Shown piece after piece: positions 25,843 through 33,742 of a stretch of DNA of 50,803 bases. The notes beneath the pieces were generated by a model. That model searched no databases, was not told the origin of the DNA, and worked only from the letters and a program-made list of their open reading frames with translations. The position numbers and the translations under genes were made by a program. Numbering within the stretch: the stretch's first letter is position 1; every line of letters starts with the position of its first letter. Source of the stretch: a virus (lineage: Duplodnaviria > Caudoviricetes); IMG/VR virus record IMGVR_UViG_3300042893_002153, positions 1 to 50,803 of that record. One strand, 5' to 3'.

Positions 25843-26504
25843 TTTTTACCTCCTATAATCCACTTTGCTCTTGCGACACATGTTTCTTTGATTGGGCAGA
25901 ATTTACATGCTTTGTTGCTTGGGTTATACTCTAATTCGCCTTTGCTAATCTTTTCGAATACGGGTTGCTTGTCAATAAAAAAATCCAACACTTCCGACCG
26001 TGTAAGTTCTACAGTTTTCTTTTTTCCCTTTTGGTATATGTTTAGAATAAAGTGTTCCACATTGCTGTATGTCGTTGCGACCATATAAGCATAAAAATAG
26101 AGTTGCTCATTATCTTCAACTTCTACTTCTCCGTTTCCACTTTTGAGGTCAAAAATACTTGCTACTTTATCACCGACAATAAGGCAATCGATTACCACAT
26201 TGATATTGTTTTCGTAAATAAGAATTGGTTTCTTTTCTTCAATGATGATTTTTCCATTGGGTATTTTCGTTAGTTCGTCCCACACCGACTGAACATATCC
26301 ATTGATGAGGTATATTTCATACTCGTTTATTTTGTGTTCAGAAATAAAGTCATATACTTCTTTGTTGCTTAAAATCATTTCGGCTAGTTCGTGAAGAATA
26401 GAACCTCGAACAGTTTGTGGTGTTTCTATAAATGCCACATCAAAATCTAAAGATTTGGTGCAGTTAAGAAAACGATGTGCCTTACTGGGTGATAGTTTAT
26501 ACAT
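25839..26504 (-). CDS. Cas4-like PD-(D/E)xK nuclease (DUF2800-like)
   Basis: LSPS...FLNC; GSILHE; IDCL...FDLKSG; QLYFY; CKFCPIKETC. Confidence 0.85.
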   Translation of the reverse strand: MYKLSPSKAHRFLNCTKSLDFDVAFIETPQTVRGSILHELAEMILSNKEVYDFISEHKINEYEIYLINGYVQSVWDELTKIPNGKIIIEEKKPILIYENNINVVIDCLIVGDKVASIFDLKSGNGEVEVEDNEQLYFYAYMVATTYSNVEHFILNIYQKGKKKTVELTRSEVLDFFIDKQPVFEKISKGELEYNPSNKACKFCPIKETCVARAKWIIGGKK

Positions 26505-26511
26505 ACAACTG

Positions 26512-27270
26512 TTAGTTCTTAATCGAGTTGAATAATTCTAACACTTGTTCGTCATTTAAGTCAGATATTTTCTTTGCAGTCTTCTTTGATAAAAAGTCGC
26601 GAATAGTTTCCGAGGTTGCCTTACCACCAGATAAGAATTGCTTTTTAATTTCGTTTTCCATATCGACACGATTAGCACTTGGTTCTGGTTTAACTTCGGG
26701 TTTAACTTCGGGTTTCACTTGGACTTTCGGTTCAACCTTTTCTACTTTTGGTTGAGAAATAGGTTTTGACGGAAGTTGTGGAGTGGTTTCTTCTTCGAAT
26801 TGTAAATCGCCATCTTCGAACAACTTAAAACCGATACCACTGATAATCGCAATCGCTTTTACTTTGCCTCTTTGAATCGCCTTATTCACATCATTCTGAG
26901 TCCATTGTAATAGCGCACGACCACTCGAATCTTGTAGTGGGTATTTTTCAATATGAGTTTGACCTTGCCACTCGACTTTGATGTTGATGAAGAAAGAAAA
27001 ATTGTGATGATTCAGTAAAACACCATTAGTATCAATTTCTTCTTTGCTTAACACACGGTCGCCCTCAACGATAGTTCCTCGTTCTGACTTTAAGATTTCG
27101 ATTTTGCCATCTTGTAATCTAAAAATGCGTTCAACAGTCGCCCAAGGCAAATAACTGATGTTCGTTCGGTTTCCGTAGTTTAACTTCTTTAAGAAAGACG
27201 CTAAATCTTCTGTATCACCTTCGCCTTTGTAATTCTTAATCCAAAAATCTTTCCAATTTGTTTGTTCCAT
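26512..27270 (-). CDS. Sak3/DUF1071-type single-strand annealing protein
   Basis: SYLPWA; VNKAIQRGKVKAIA..GIGFKLFEDGDL; KPEV-repeat linker. Confidence 0.75.
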   Translation of the reverse strand: MEQTNWKDFWIKNYKGEGDTEDLASFLKKLNYGNRTNISYLPWATVERIFRLQDGKIEILKSERGTIVEGDRVLSKEEIDTNGVLLNHHNFSFFINIKVEWQGQTHIEKYPLQDSSGRALLQWTQNDVNKAIQRGKVKAIAIISGIGFKLFEDGDLQFEEETTPQLPSKPISQPKVEKVEPKVQVKPEVKPEVKPEPSANRVDMENEIKKQFLSGGKATSETIRDFLSKKTAKKISDLNDEQVLELFNSIKN

Positions 27271-27271
27271 A

Positions 27272-27634
27272 TTATTTAATCCTTATACTTTCTTTTGATA
27301 TTTTTTCGACATAGTTGCTCGGTTCCGATAAGATTTTTTCTTGAACGGAAATATCGAACTCTTCTAACTTCTTCTTTCGCTTTTCGAGGATTTCAGTTTC
27401 CACACCAGCGATTTCAAGAATTTCGTAGCATTCATCTGTTAAGGTAATGCTTTTTCGACCTGCAGTAATTTTAATTCGTTCGTCTTTTTTTAAGTCAGTG
27501 TTAGAAAAAATAAGTAATTCTAAGGCACTCAACTTTTCATCTAACTCTTTGTTTAACTTTTTTAATTTTACAAATTCTCCGACTAAATCAATTTGCTCGA
27601 AGTTTGAATCAAATTCGTTTTGTTTTTGAGACAT
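27272..27634 (-). CDS. Hypothetical protein of the replication/recombination module
   Basis: 120 aa, N-terminal coiled coil, AAGGA RBS. Confidence 0.7.
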   Translation of the reverse strand: MSQKQNEFDSNFEQIDLVGEFVKLKKLNKELDEKLSALELLIFSNTDLKKDERIKITAGRKSITLTDECYEILEIAGVETEILEKRKKKLEEFDISVQEKILSEPSNYVEKISKESIRIK

Positions 27635-27725
27635 AATTTTTTCCTTTTTAGTGGAGAACCCTCATGAATCTAGGGGGAAACATTAAGAGGGTTTTACGGT
27701 TGCTTAGACCAACCACATATTTTTA

Positions 27726-28241
27726 TTAGAACGGCAAGTCTTCGTCTTTGACTTCTATTCTAGCAACATTGTCGCCTTTGAAAAGGTCGTTGTTATAACC
27801 ACCTTCTGATTTGCGATTAGCGATTGCTCGAACAACACTTAGATAAACCTTGCCATCTTTGGTCGGCGTGAGATGGACTTCAATAGAATAAATAAAACCT
27901 CTCACGTCTAAATCTGGGACTGTTTCGGTTGAGTTGATATTACGGAAGAATTTTACTCTGCCATTAACTTTGAGTGAAGTGCCGTAAGTAGGGTGTTCTT
28001 CCCATTTAGGATACTGACCGCTAAACACAGTGTCTTCTACCTTGCCAAGTTGCTTGACTGCTTCTTTAAGTGTCGCTTTCGCTTCCTTGACATTCAGAAA
28101 CTTGAACGAACCGAAGTATCTTTCTTTCTTGGTCTTCTCATCTACGAACGGCACTAAAAGGTGCTTCTCGTTGTTGGTAAAAACATCGTCAATGCGAATG
28201 CTTATTACCCCTTTGTCTGATTTGATTATTTTATTTGGCAT
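27726..28241 (-). CDS. Single-stranded DNA-binding protein (putative)
   Basis: Acidic C-terminus DEDLPF; beta-rich; AAAGGAGG RBS; next to the SSAP and nuclease. Confidence 0.65.
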   Translation of the reverse strand: MPNKIIKSDKGVISIRIDDVFTNNEKHLLVPFVDEKTKKERYFGSFKFLNVKEAKATLKEAVKQLGKVEDTVFSGQYPKWEEHPTYGTSLKVNGRVKFFRNINSTETVPDLDVRGFIYSIEVHLTPTKDGKVYLSVVRAIANRKSEGGYNNDLFKGDNVARIEVKDEDLPF

Positions 28242-28262
28242 AATCTTGCCTCCTTTACATAC

Positions 28263-28271
28263 ATCATAGCA
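28263..28271 (-). promoter_or_regulatory. Extended -10 promoter TGcTATGAT for the SSB/replication operon
   Basis: Consensus match upstream of the RBS; A-tract motif at 28300-28319. Confidence 0.6.
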
Positions 28272-28337
28272 TATTAAGATAACAATATCTTACGAAACGA
28301 TTTTTATTTTTCTTTTTCTAATAGAGTTACCACCTTT

Positions 28338-28868
28338 CTAAAACACAACTCGGCTTGGCAGGTCATCACGCAGGAAGTTTGGGCTTACTGGCGAAATCCA
28401 TTCTGGGACATCACGACCAGTCCAAGCAAAGAGTTTTCCTTTCTCACCAAAATAGTATTGACGATACGCTGTAATAGCGTTTTGGTGCTTGTAAGTATCA
28501 GGCATTGCCTGTGCGAATGGAGTCAATGGCGAATCGGGGATTTGTTCGGGTTTGACTATAAGGTGACGAACTAGATTGATTGAAGAGTGGTTCTTGCCAT
28601 AACGATAGTGATACTCTTCTAACAACCCTTGAAACAATTCGAACAACCAGAAGTAGTTTGCAGATGTTTGCCTTGCCCAGACGGTGCAGGGGTGGTTCTG
28701 GTATGCTTTTTTATAAATGCTCTCGTTGTTTTGTTGCTTCTCGTTTCCACTCAGTCGGTGTGCTGTTGATAACATTTGCGCTGACTCTAATATCATCTTG
28801 ACTACATGTTTGTTTGTGTGTTGTTGGGCAGCAACTTTGGGGTTGGCGTCCAATACAAAGATATTCAT
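28338..28868 (-). CDS. Pyrimidine-dimer DNA glycosylase-like protein (endonuclease V family)
   Basis: MNIFVLD..P..AAQ.H.NKHVVKMILESAQMLSTAH; NHPCTVW; PFAQAMP; AYRQYY. Confidence 0.8.
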   Translation of the reverse strand: MNIFVLDANPKVAAQQHTNKHVVKMILESAQMLSTAHRLSGNEKQQNNESIYKKAYQNHPCTVWARQTSANYFWLFELFQGLLEEYHYRYGKNHSSINLVRHLIVKPEQIPDSPLTPFAQAMPDTYKHQNAITAYRQYYFGEKGKLFAWTGRDVPEWISPVSPNFLRDDLPSRVVF

Positions 28869-29188
28869 TTGAGAACCCCTTTCTTTAGCACAACTACATT
28901 GCCTTGTATTTGAAGTCCTGTGATTACATAAAACAAAATGTTTTCAGGCAGGTTTTCTATGGCACCACTCTCGTTAACGATAATGTCGAAGTTTGTGTCT
29001 TCTGGATAATATACTAACTCAATATAACCATTTACTTTCTTTTGTAAGTCTTGTAGTTTTGGTTTACTGCGAATGACTTTTACATCAAAATTAGTTCCTA
29101 CAAAAAATCCCAATGCGTTTGGGTTTCCCCTCAACAACTTAAAGTATTTTGATAACGAATTTTTATAATCGACTTCTCTTTTATTCAT
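28865..29188 (-). CDS. DUF3846-like protein
   Basis: LQDLQKKVNGYIE...IIVNESG...LPEN...IQGNVVV. Confidence 0.7.
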   Translation of the reverse strand: MNKREVDYKNSLSKYFKLLRGNPNALGFFVGTNFDVKVIRSKPKLQDLQKKVNGYIELVYYPEDTNFDIIVNESGAIENLPENILFYVITGLQIQGNVVVLKKGVLK

Positions 29189-29213
29189 AAAAAATGTTTC
29201 TCCCTTTGTTATT

Positions 29214-29222
29214 ATTATAACA
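29214..29222 (-). promoter_or_regulatory. Extended -10 promoter TGtTATAAT
   Basis: Perfect consensus in the short intergenic gap, followed by AGGGAG RBS. Confidence 0.6.
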
Positions 29223-29224
29223 TT

Positions 29225-30601
29225 TTAATAAGCGTCTTCATTTTTATTTTGCGTATATGATAGAAAATCATCAATCGTTTTAGTTTTTTTAACTATAACT
29301 TCATACACATAAAAATCGTAAGTTTTCTCGGCGAGTAAATAGTATATGTCTACATCTTTCGTCTGCCCTCTGCGATATAATCTTGCGTTTGCTTGACTAT
29401 AACTTTCAGCACTCCATACTAACCCATACCATATAATTGTGTGTCCTCCGTCTTGAAGATTTAATCCGTATTTTTCTGAGAATGGCGACAAAATTAGAAT
29501 TGGAATACGACCTTGGTTCCACGCATCTATATCTTCTTTTTTTTCAAGTAGTTGAGAACCCCTTAGTTTTTCCAATAAGTATCTTTTGTCTTCTTCAAAA
29601 TTATAAAAGATGATTACATTGTCTTTGGTCTTAGACAATATCTCTTTTAACTTATCGAATTTGTAAGTGTTGAAGCGATACGCTTTTTTCTGGTTGTCGT
29701 ATACGAACCCATTAGATAGTTGTAATGCTTTGTTAATCATAGTCGCTTGGTTTGAAGCAGTTATAGTCGTCAATCCATTTGTTTCTAAAATGAAGTCTTG
29801 TTTCAGTTTCTTAAATCGTTCTCTGTCGCTTTCGCAAAACACTATCTGTTCTTTCTGTTCAATCTGCATGGTAAGTTGTTTTGTGATGGACTTCGTTCTA
29901 ATCAAGGCAATTAACTTATCATACATTTCGTAGTGGATTAACCAACGAAATTTGTTCCAAGGTTGCGTAAAGCAGAAATCGTTTCGATATTGAGTAAGCG
30001 ACTTATCGTATAATTCGAGTAAAAATAAAAGATAATAAAGTTCATCTCCGTTTGTATAATAAAAACTTTCTCTTTTGATATTTGAAAAAGGCGTTCCACT
30101 TAATAAGAAAAGTTGTTTTCCGTTTGTTATCTTTTTAAGTGCTTTGTATCTTGCCGACTTTGGCGATTTGAATTGCGAACACTCATCTACTATTACGAGG
30201 TCATAGGAAGGAGAGTGAAGGTTGGGTAAGAATTGAGAACCAGAACCTTTTTTTACTTTCCTTCCATACAACCATTCGGTCAGTGAAGATGAAATGATGT
30301 GAATACAGAACTCGCCTGTTTTGTCTAAAATCTCAACACGCTGGGCTTCGGTGCCTTCGACAAGCGACACTATATCTGCCATATAGTTAAAGTTTTTCCA
30401 CTTTTTAATTTCGTTTTGCCAAGTGGACAGACTTACTTTCTTTGGGGTGATAATTAAAATCTTTTTTACACCATCAAAAAACTTTTGGTCAGCAAGTGCT
30501 AATAGTAAAGATGTCTTGCCGACACCCATGTCCAAAAAAACACCAAATCGTTTTTGGTCTTTAATTGTTTCTAAAAAATTGTTTTCATCTTTCCAAATCA
30601 T
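29225..30601 (-). CDS. SNF2-family DEAD/DEAH-like helicase
   Basis: LDMGVGKT; VIVDEC; LLSGTP; GLNLQ; QANARLYRRGQ. Confidence 0.92.
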   Translation of the reverse strand: MIWKDENNFLETIKDQKRFGVFLDMGVGKTSLLLALADQKFFDGVKKILIITPKKVSLSTWQNEIKKWKNFNYMADIVSLVEGTEAQRVEILDKTGEFCIHIISSSLTEWLYGRKVKKGSGSQFLPNLHSPSYDLVIVDECSQFKSPKSARYKALKKITNGKQLFLLSGTPFSNIKRESFYYTNGDELYYLLFLLELYDKSLTQYRNDFCFTQPWNKFRWLIHYEMYDKLIALIRTKSITKQLTMQIEQKEQIVFCESDRERFKKLKQDFILETNGLTTITASNQATMINKALQLSNGFVYDNQKKAYRFNTYKFDKLKEILSKTKDNVIIFYNFEEDKRYLLEKLRGSQLLEKKEDIDAWNQGRIPILILSPFSEKYGLNLQDGGHTIIWYGLVWSAESYSQANARLYRRGQTKDVDIYYLLAEKTYDFYVYEVIVKKTKTIDDFLSYTQNKNEDAY

Positions 30602-31052
30602 ATTTTAATGTTGTATAAGGTTCGTCTTTGATATTATACTTTTTTAACCTTTCGTTGTAAGTGTTCATCATTTCTTCGTATGTGCTGTCTTCATACCCAA
30701 CTGTAATCCCAACAGAAATTGCTGCTTTTTTATTCTTGGACTTGTTTTTAATATGAAGATACAAAGAATAGTGGAATGCTTTTTCTTCTGGCACTTTTTT
30801 TATTTTTTCAGTTAAGTGATGTGGAAACACTCTTGTAAATAAGAAATCCTTAAACTCTTTTTCTTGACTTACTCTTATCATAAAATCTTTAATTGCTTTA
30901 TCGAATTTTTTATAATTTTCATAAAAATCATTTATCTCTTTTAAGAAATACGCCTTTAACTTTTTGGGTTCTTCGGTTGTTGAAAAAGAAACAATCTGAG
31001 AAATGCTTTTTGTGGTTATTGTAATTGTAAAACTTTCAGCAACTTCACTCAT
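30585..31052 (-). CDS. Hypothetical protein
   Basis: 155-aa ORF packed in the operon. Confidence 0.65.
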   Translation of the reverse strand: MSEVAESFTITITTKSISQIVSFSTTEEPKKLKAYFLKEINDFYENYKKFDKAIKDFMIRVSQEKEFKDFLFTRVFPHHLTEKIKKVPEEKAFHYSLYLHIKNKSKNKKAAISVGITVGYEDSTYEEMMNTYNERLKKYNIKDEPYTTLKYDLER

Positions 31053-31057
31053 ATATG

Positions 31058-31285
31058 TCAGTTATTGCCTTTCATTTTGTCTTCGTCGACTTCTACTTCT
31101 TCTGCATAGGAAATTTCGCCCCGAGCATCAAAGCCGTTTCTGTGGCGTGTTTTCTTTTTTCTAAACTCATCATAAATTTCTTCAAGGATTTTGTCGAGTA
31201 AATTTTCTAACACATACTCTGGCGTATCGTCATCACACTCTAAATCAAAAGACCAGTTTATATCATGAGTTTTCGGTTGTTTCAT
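31058..31285 (-). CDS. Small acidic hypothetical protein
   Basis: AGGAG RBS; operon packing. Confidence 0.65.
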   Translation of the reverse strand: MKQPKTHDINWSFDLECDDDTPEYVLENLLDKILEEIYDEFRKKKTRHRNGFDARGEISYAEEVEVDEDKMKGNN

Positions 31286-31511
31286 TTTGAGTTTCTCCTT
31301 GCTCTTGTTCTTCTACAATTTCTCTAACTTTTGGTTTTTTGGTTTGTTTCTTATAACCGATAACAGCAGAGTATAATTGGTTAGTATCTACATTAACGAA
31401 AAAACCAAATTCTTCTTCGGCAAACGCTTTTGCTTCTTTTCGGTTTTTAGCAGGAATAATCATTGATATTTCAAATGTCCCTATAATCTCAAATGCTTTT
31501 TCTTTTTTCAT
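31263..31511 (-). CDS. Hypothetical protein (start moved to MKKEKAF)
   Basis: ATG at 31511 follows the stop of the upstream gene; the upstream extension overlaps the DUF4314-like gene. Confidence 0.6.
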   Translation of the reverse strand: MKKEKAFEIIGTFEISMIIPAKNRKEAKAFAEEEFGFFVNVDTNQLYSAVIGYKKQTKKPKVREIVEEQEQGETQNETTENS

Positions 31512-31512
31512 A

Positions 31513-31707
31513 TTAGCGACCACCGATAATAACGAACTTATCGTTTTCTGGTTGTAATGCCAGACCACCCCAAGTTCCGTGAAGTTGTCCTGAATCGTCG
31601 ACTGAAACAACCTTTCCAGAACGATTATTGTAATGTGGTTCACCACTCATACTCACAATGATGACAGTTCTTCCTAAATACTTTTCTTCTAATACTTTCT
31701 TGTTCAT
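31513..31707 (-). CDS. DUF4314-like protein
   Basis: GKVVSVDDSGQLHGTWGGLAL.P..DKF. Confidence 0.7.
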   Translation of the reverse strand: MNKKVLEEKYLGRTVIIVSMSGEPHYNNRSGKVVSVDDSGQLHGTWGGLALQPENDKFVIIGGR

Positions 31708-31916
31708 TTTGTTTCAAACCTTTCAAGAGTGCGAATTTCATTACACCCATTTATATAGTATTCAAGTTCTTCTTCTGTGATTTCTTCATAGCTGTCGAAA
31801 TAATCGACACCCAAACCTCCATCACTAATTCGAGTATAGATAACAATGATTTTTGCGTTAGTCTTTTCGGTTTCGACTTGGTGTTGTTCTCTCAGTTTGT
31901 TGATAAAATTTCTCAT
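31704..31916 (-). CDS. Hypothetical protein (start MRNFINK)
   Basis: AAGGGG RBS before ATG at 31916; ATGA overlap downstream. Confidence 0.6.
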   Translation of the reverse strand: MRNFINKLREQHQVETEKTNAKIIVIYTRISDGGLGVDYFDSYEEITEEELEYYINGCNEIRTLERFETK

Positions 31917-31920
31917 TATC

Positions 31921-32118
31921 TTATTCCCCTTTGTTAAGATAGTAATCTGCTGACCACAACACGAGTTCTTCGACAAACTTATCGACCGACTTGCGTTGTA
32001 GTTGTGCCATAAATAGTAAGAGATACTTTGTCTTGTCTGAAATTAAAAGCGTAAGATGACTTTTGTTTTCTTCCATCTTGTCTAACAGCGACTTGCGACC
32101 TCGTTTTTTAGTGTTCAT
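31921..32118 (-). CDS. Putative ribbon-helix-helix DNA-binding protein
   Basis: KRGRK N-terminus, LTLLIS strand, helix, ..RKSVDKFVEELV helix; AGGAG RBS. Confidence 0.5.
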   Translation of the reverse strand: MNTKKRGRKSLLDKMEENKSHLTLLISDKTKYLLLFMAQLQRKSVDKFVEELVLWSADYYLNKGE

Positions 32119-32139
32119 AAACACTCCTTTTTTATTTTT

Positions 32140-32397
32140 TTATTCGACAACATAATCGGTGATTTGGACTAACTCATATTCGACTTGTGCTTTACGCAAT
32201 AAGTATTGTGCGTAATCAGAATTGTTTTGAACTCGATACTCTACAAACAACTTTGCTTTTTCTTTTGAAGATAACAAGTTATCATATTTCGCGACTTCGA
32301 AAAATATTTCTGTGACTTTTTTTTCGTTGGACTTATCGACACGAATAGTAATCTCTTCTCTTCCCCATAAAATAAATCTAAGATAGATTGGATTCAT
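32140..32397 (-). CDS. Hypothetical protein
   Basis: AAGGAGGT RBS. Confidence 0.7.
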   Translation of the reverse strand: MNPIYLRFILWGREEITIRVDKSNEKKVTEIFFEVAKYDNLLSSKEKAKLFVEYRVQNNSDYAQYLLRKAQVEYELVQITDYVVE

Positions 32398-32570
32398 TTT
32401 CTAACACCTCCTTTCTTTCTTTTATGAATATCAAGAGTGATAATCGCACTCTCGTAATCAGCAACCATTTCTTCAATAATCGAAACTACTTCGTCGTCTT
32501 TGAATTTTCGACTTTTGTATTGTTTGAGAAACGCTTTTAATATCTCGTATTTTCGTTCAAGTGATTTCAT
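32394..32570 (-). CDS. 58-aa hypothetical protein MKSLERKYEIL... (absent from the ORF track)
   Basis: Fills the gap exactly; ATGA overlap with the next gene. Confidence 0.6.
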   Translation of the reverse strand: MKSLERKYEILKAFLKQYKSRKFKDDEVVSIIEEMVADYESAIITLDIHKRKKGGVRK

Positions 32571-32575
32571 TGTTC

Positions 32576-33181
32576 TTAATCCTTATATTCTGTATAACTG
32601 CAAACCATTCCCATATAGTCAATGATGTCGGGATTTATATTATTCTTTTCACATTGCTCTTTTAGAAAGGCATAAACATCATCTTCTGTTTTGGTTTTTT
32701 CTTCAGGAATGTTTATACCCATTGAGTTCTCGACTGCAGGACTTGTTTTAGAGTCTTTGATTAGTTGCCCCATATAACCAGCACCACCCTCCCAAAAATA
32801 GAGTTCGAACGGAAGTTTAATTTTACTGATTGCTTGAACAGGTGGCGACCAAGCAGAACGGAAACTCATAGTTAAGATTCCATTTTCCAGTTCGGCTGTG
32901 TCCCCATCAGAACTGATTTCCCACTTAGTTCCCCAATTTTGAATGCTCCAATCATACCAATTATTATTACCGAAAAGTTTTTGCTCCTCGGCACCAAGAC
33001 CACCTTTAGCAAAAAACGGATTTGGTTTTTGTATATCTGGTTGATGTTTTGGTTTCTTGACTATTGCGTTTAATAATCTCTCTTTGTCAAATGCTTTTTT
33101 TAGTTTTCTCGCATACATAAGTTCTCTTTGGTTGTTTTGGTTAAATCGAATACATAAGTAGTTCTCACACCAATTTGGCAT
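32576..33181 (-). CDS. YubB/DUF1281 (Api92-like) ferredoxin-like domain protein
   Basis: MPNWCEN start; WYDWSIQNWGTKW; FRSAWSPP; AGGAG RBS before ATG at 33181. Confidence 0.8.
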   Translation of the reverse strand: MPNWCENYLCIRFNQNNQRELMYARKLKKAFDKERLLNAIVKKPKHQPDIQKPNPFFAKGGLGAEEQKLFGNNNWYDWSIQNWGTKWEISSDGDTAELENGILTMSFRSAWSPPVQAISKIKLPFELYFWEGGAGYMGQLIKDSKTSPAVENSMGINIPEEKTKTEDDVYAFLKEQCEKNNINPDIIDYMGMVCSYTEYKD

Positions 33182-33210
33182 AACTTTTCTCCTTTTGAAA
33201 ATTGCTTTTT

Positions 33211-33292
33211 TTAAGATAACATTGATAACATAATAATAACACGATAACAACGATATATTTTACCTTTAATACATTTTTATTTTTCTTTTTCT
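33211..33292 (-). promoter_or_regulatory. Early promoter (TGtTATTAT at 33241-33233) with GATAACA repeats and an upstream A-tract
   Basis: GATAACA at 33215, 33224, 33243 plus AATAACA at 33235; 20-nt motif 33273-33292 identical to 28300-28319. Confidence 0.55.
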
Positions 33293-33295
33293 GTA

Positions 33296-33375
33296 GAGGT
33301 GTTCTAACTTTGCTGTTGTTGTGAAGTTTGGCTTGAACCCCCCCCCTGACCTCTGGGGTTCTGTTAGAATGTCTT
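33296..33375. ncRNA. Candidate structured RNA element (multi-stem, possible pseudoknot)
   Basis: TTCTAAC/GTTAGAA outer stem, GAACCCC/GGGGTTC hairpin, AGAGGT/ACCTCT loop pairing. Confidence 0.35.
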
Positions 33376-33556
33376 CTTGCTACTATAATTTAAGAATCGA
33401 ATATTTTTACTTTCAGTTGGATACCTGCGTAGGTAAAAACCCATAGGCGTTTTTCGATTAGTATGTTTACGACTTTGTGTGTCTAGTAGTTTTGTTTGTT
33501 CGATTAGTTGGATACTCCCATTGCTTCGGGACGGAGAAGAACCACTATTAGCGACT

Positions 33557-33736
33557 TTATGATAATGTGAGTTCGACATAAACTTTTCCTGATTTTAGTG
33601 CTTTGAATAATTGTTGTGTATCGAAATTAAACTTATAGGAACAATGCGTAAGGAACTTATAGGGGCTTTCGCTTTTTGCTTTATAGCCATTCATCTTGGA
33701 ATACTTTTTAGTTTGTGTAATCAGTTCATATCGCAT
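33557..33736 (-). CDS. 59-aa hypothetical protein MRYELITQTKK... (absent from the ORF track)
   Basis: ATG begins 7 nt past the vWA gene stop. Confidence 0.45.
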   Translation of the reverse strand: MRYELITQTKKYSKMNGYKAKSESPYKFLTHCSYKFNFDTQQLFKALKSGKVYVELTLS

Positions 33737-33742
33737 ATATTC

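Noticed and set aside
25839-26504. Cas4-like gene as part of a CRISPR system
   Set aside because: No repeat-spacer array or other cas genes; it is a standard phage recombination nuclease.
26680-26730. 12-nt tandem repeat in the Sak3 gene
   Set aside because: Encodes a KPEV low-complexity linker; no sign of a separate function.
33364-33579. 71-aa minus-strand ORF
   Set aside because: No RBS, atypical composition, overlaps the 33557..33736 ORF; the region is better explained by RNA structure.
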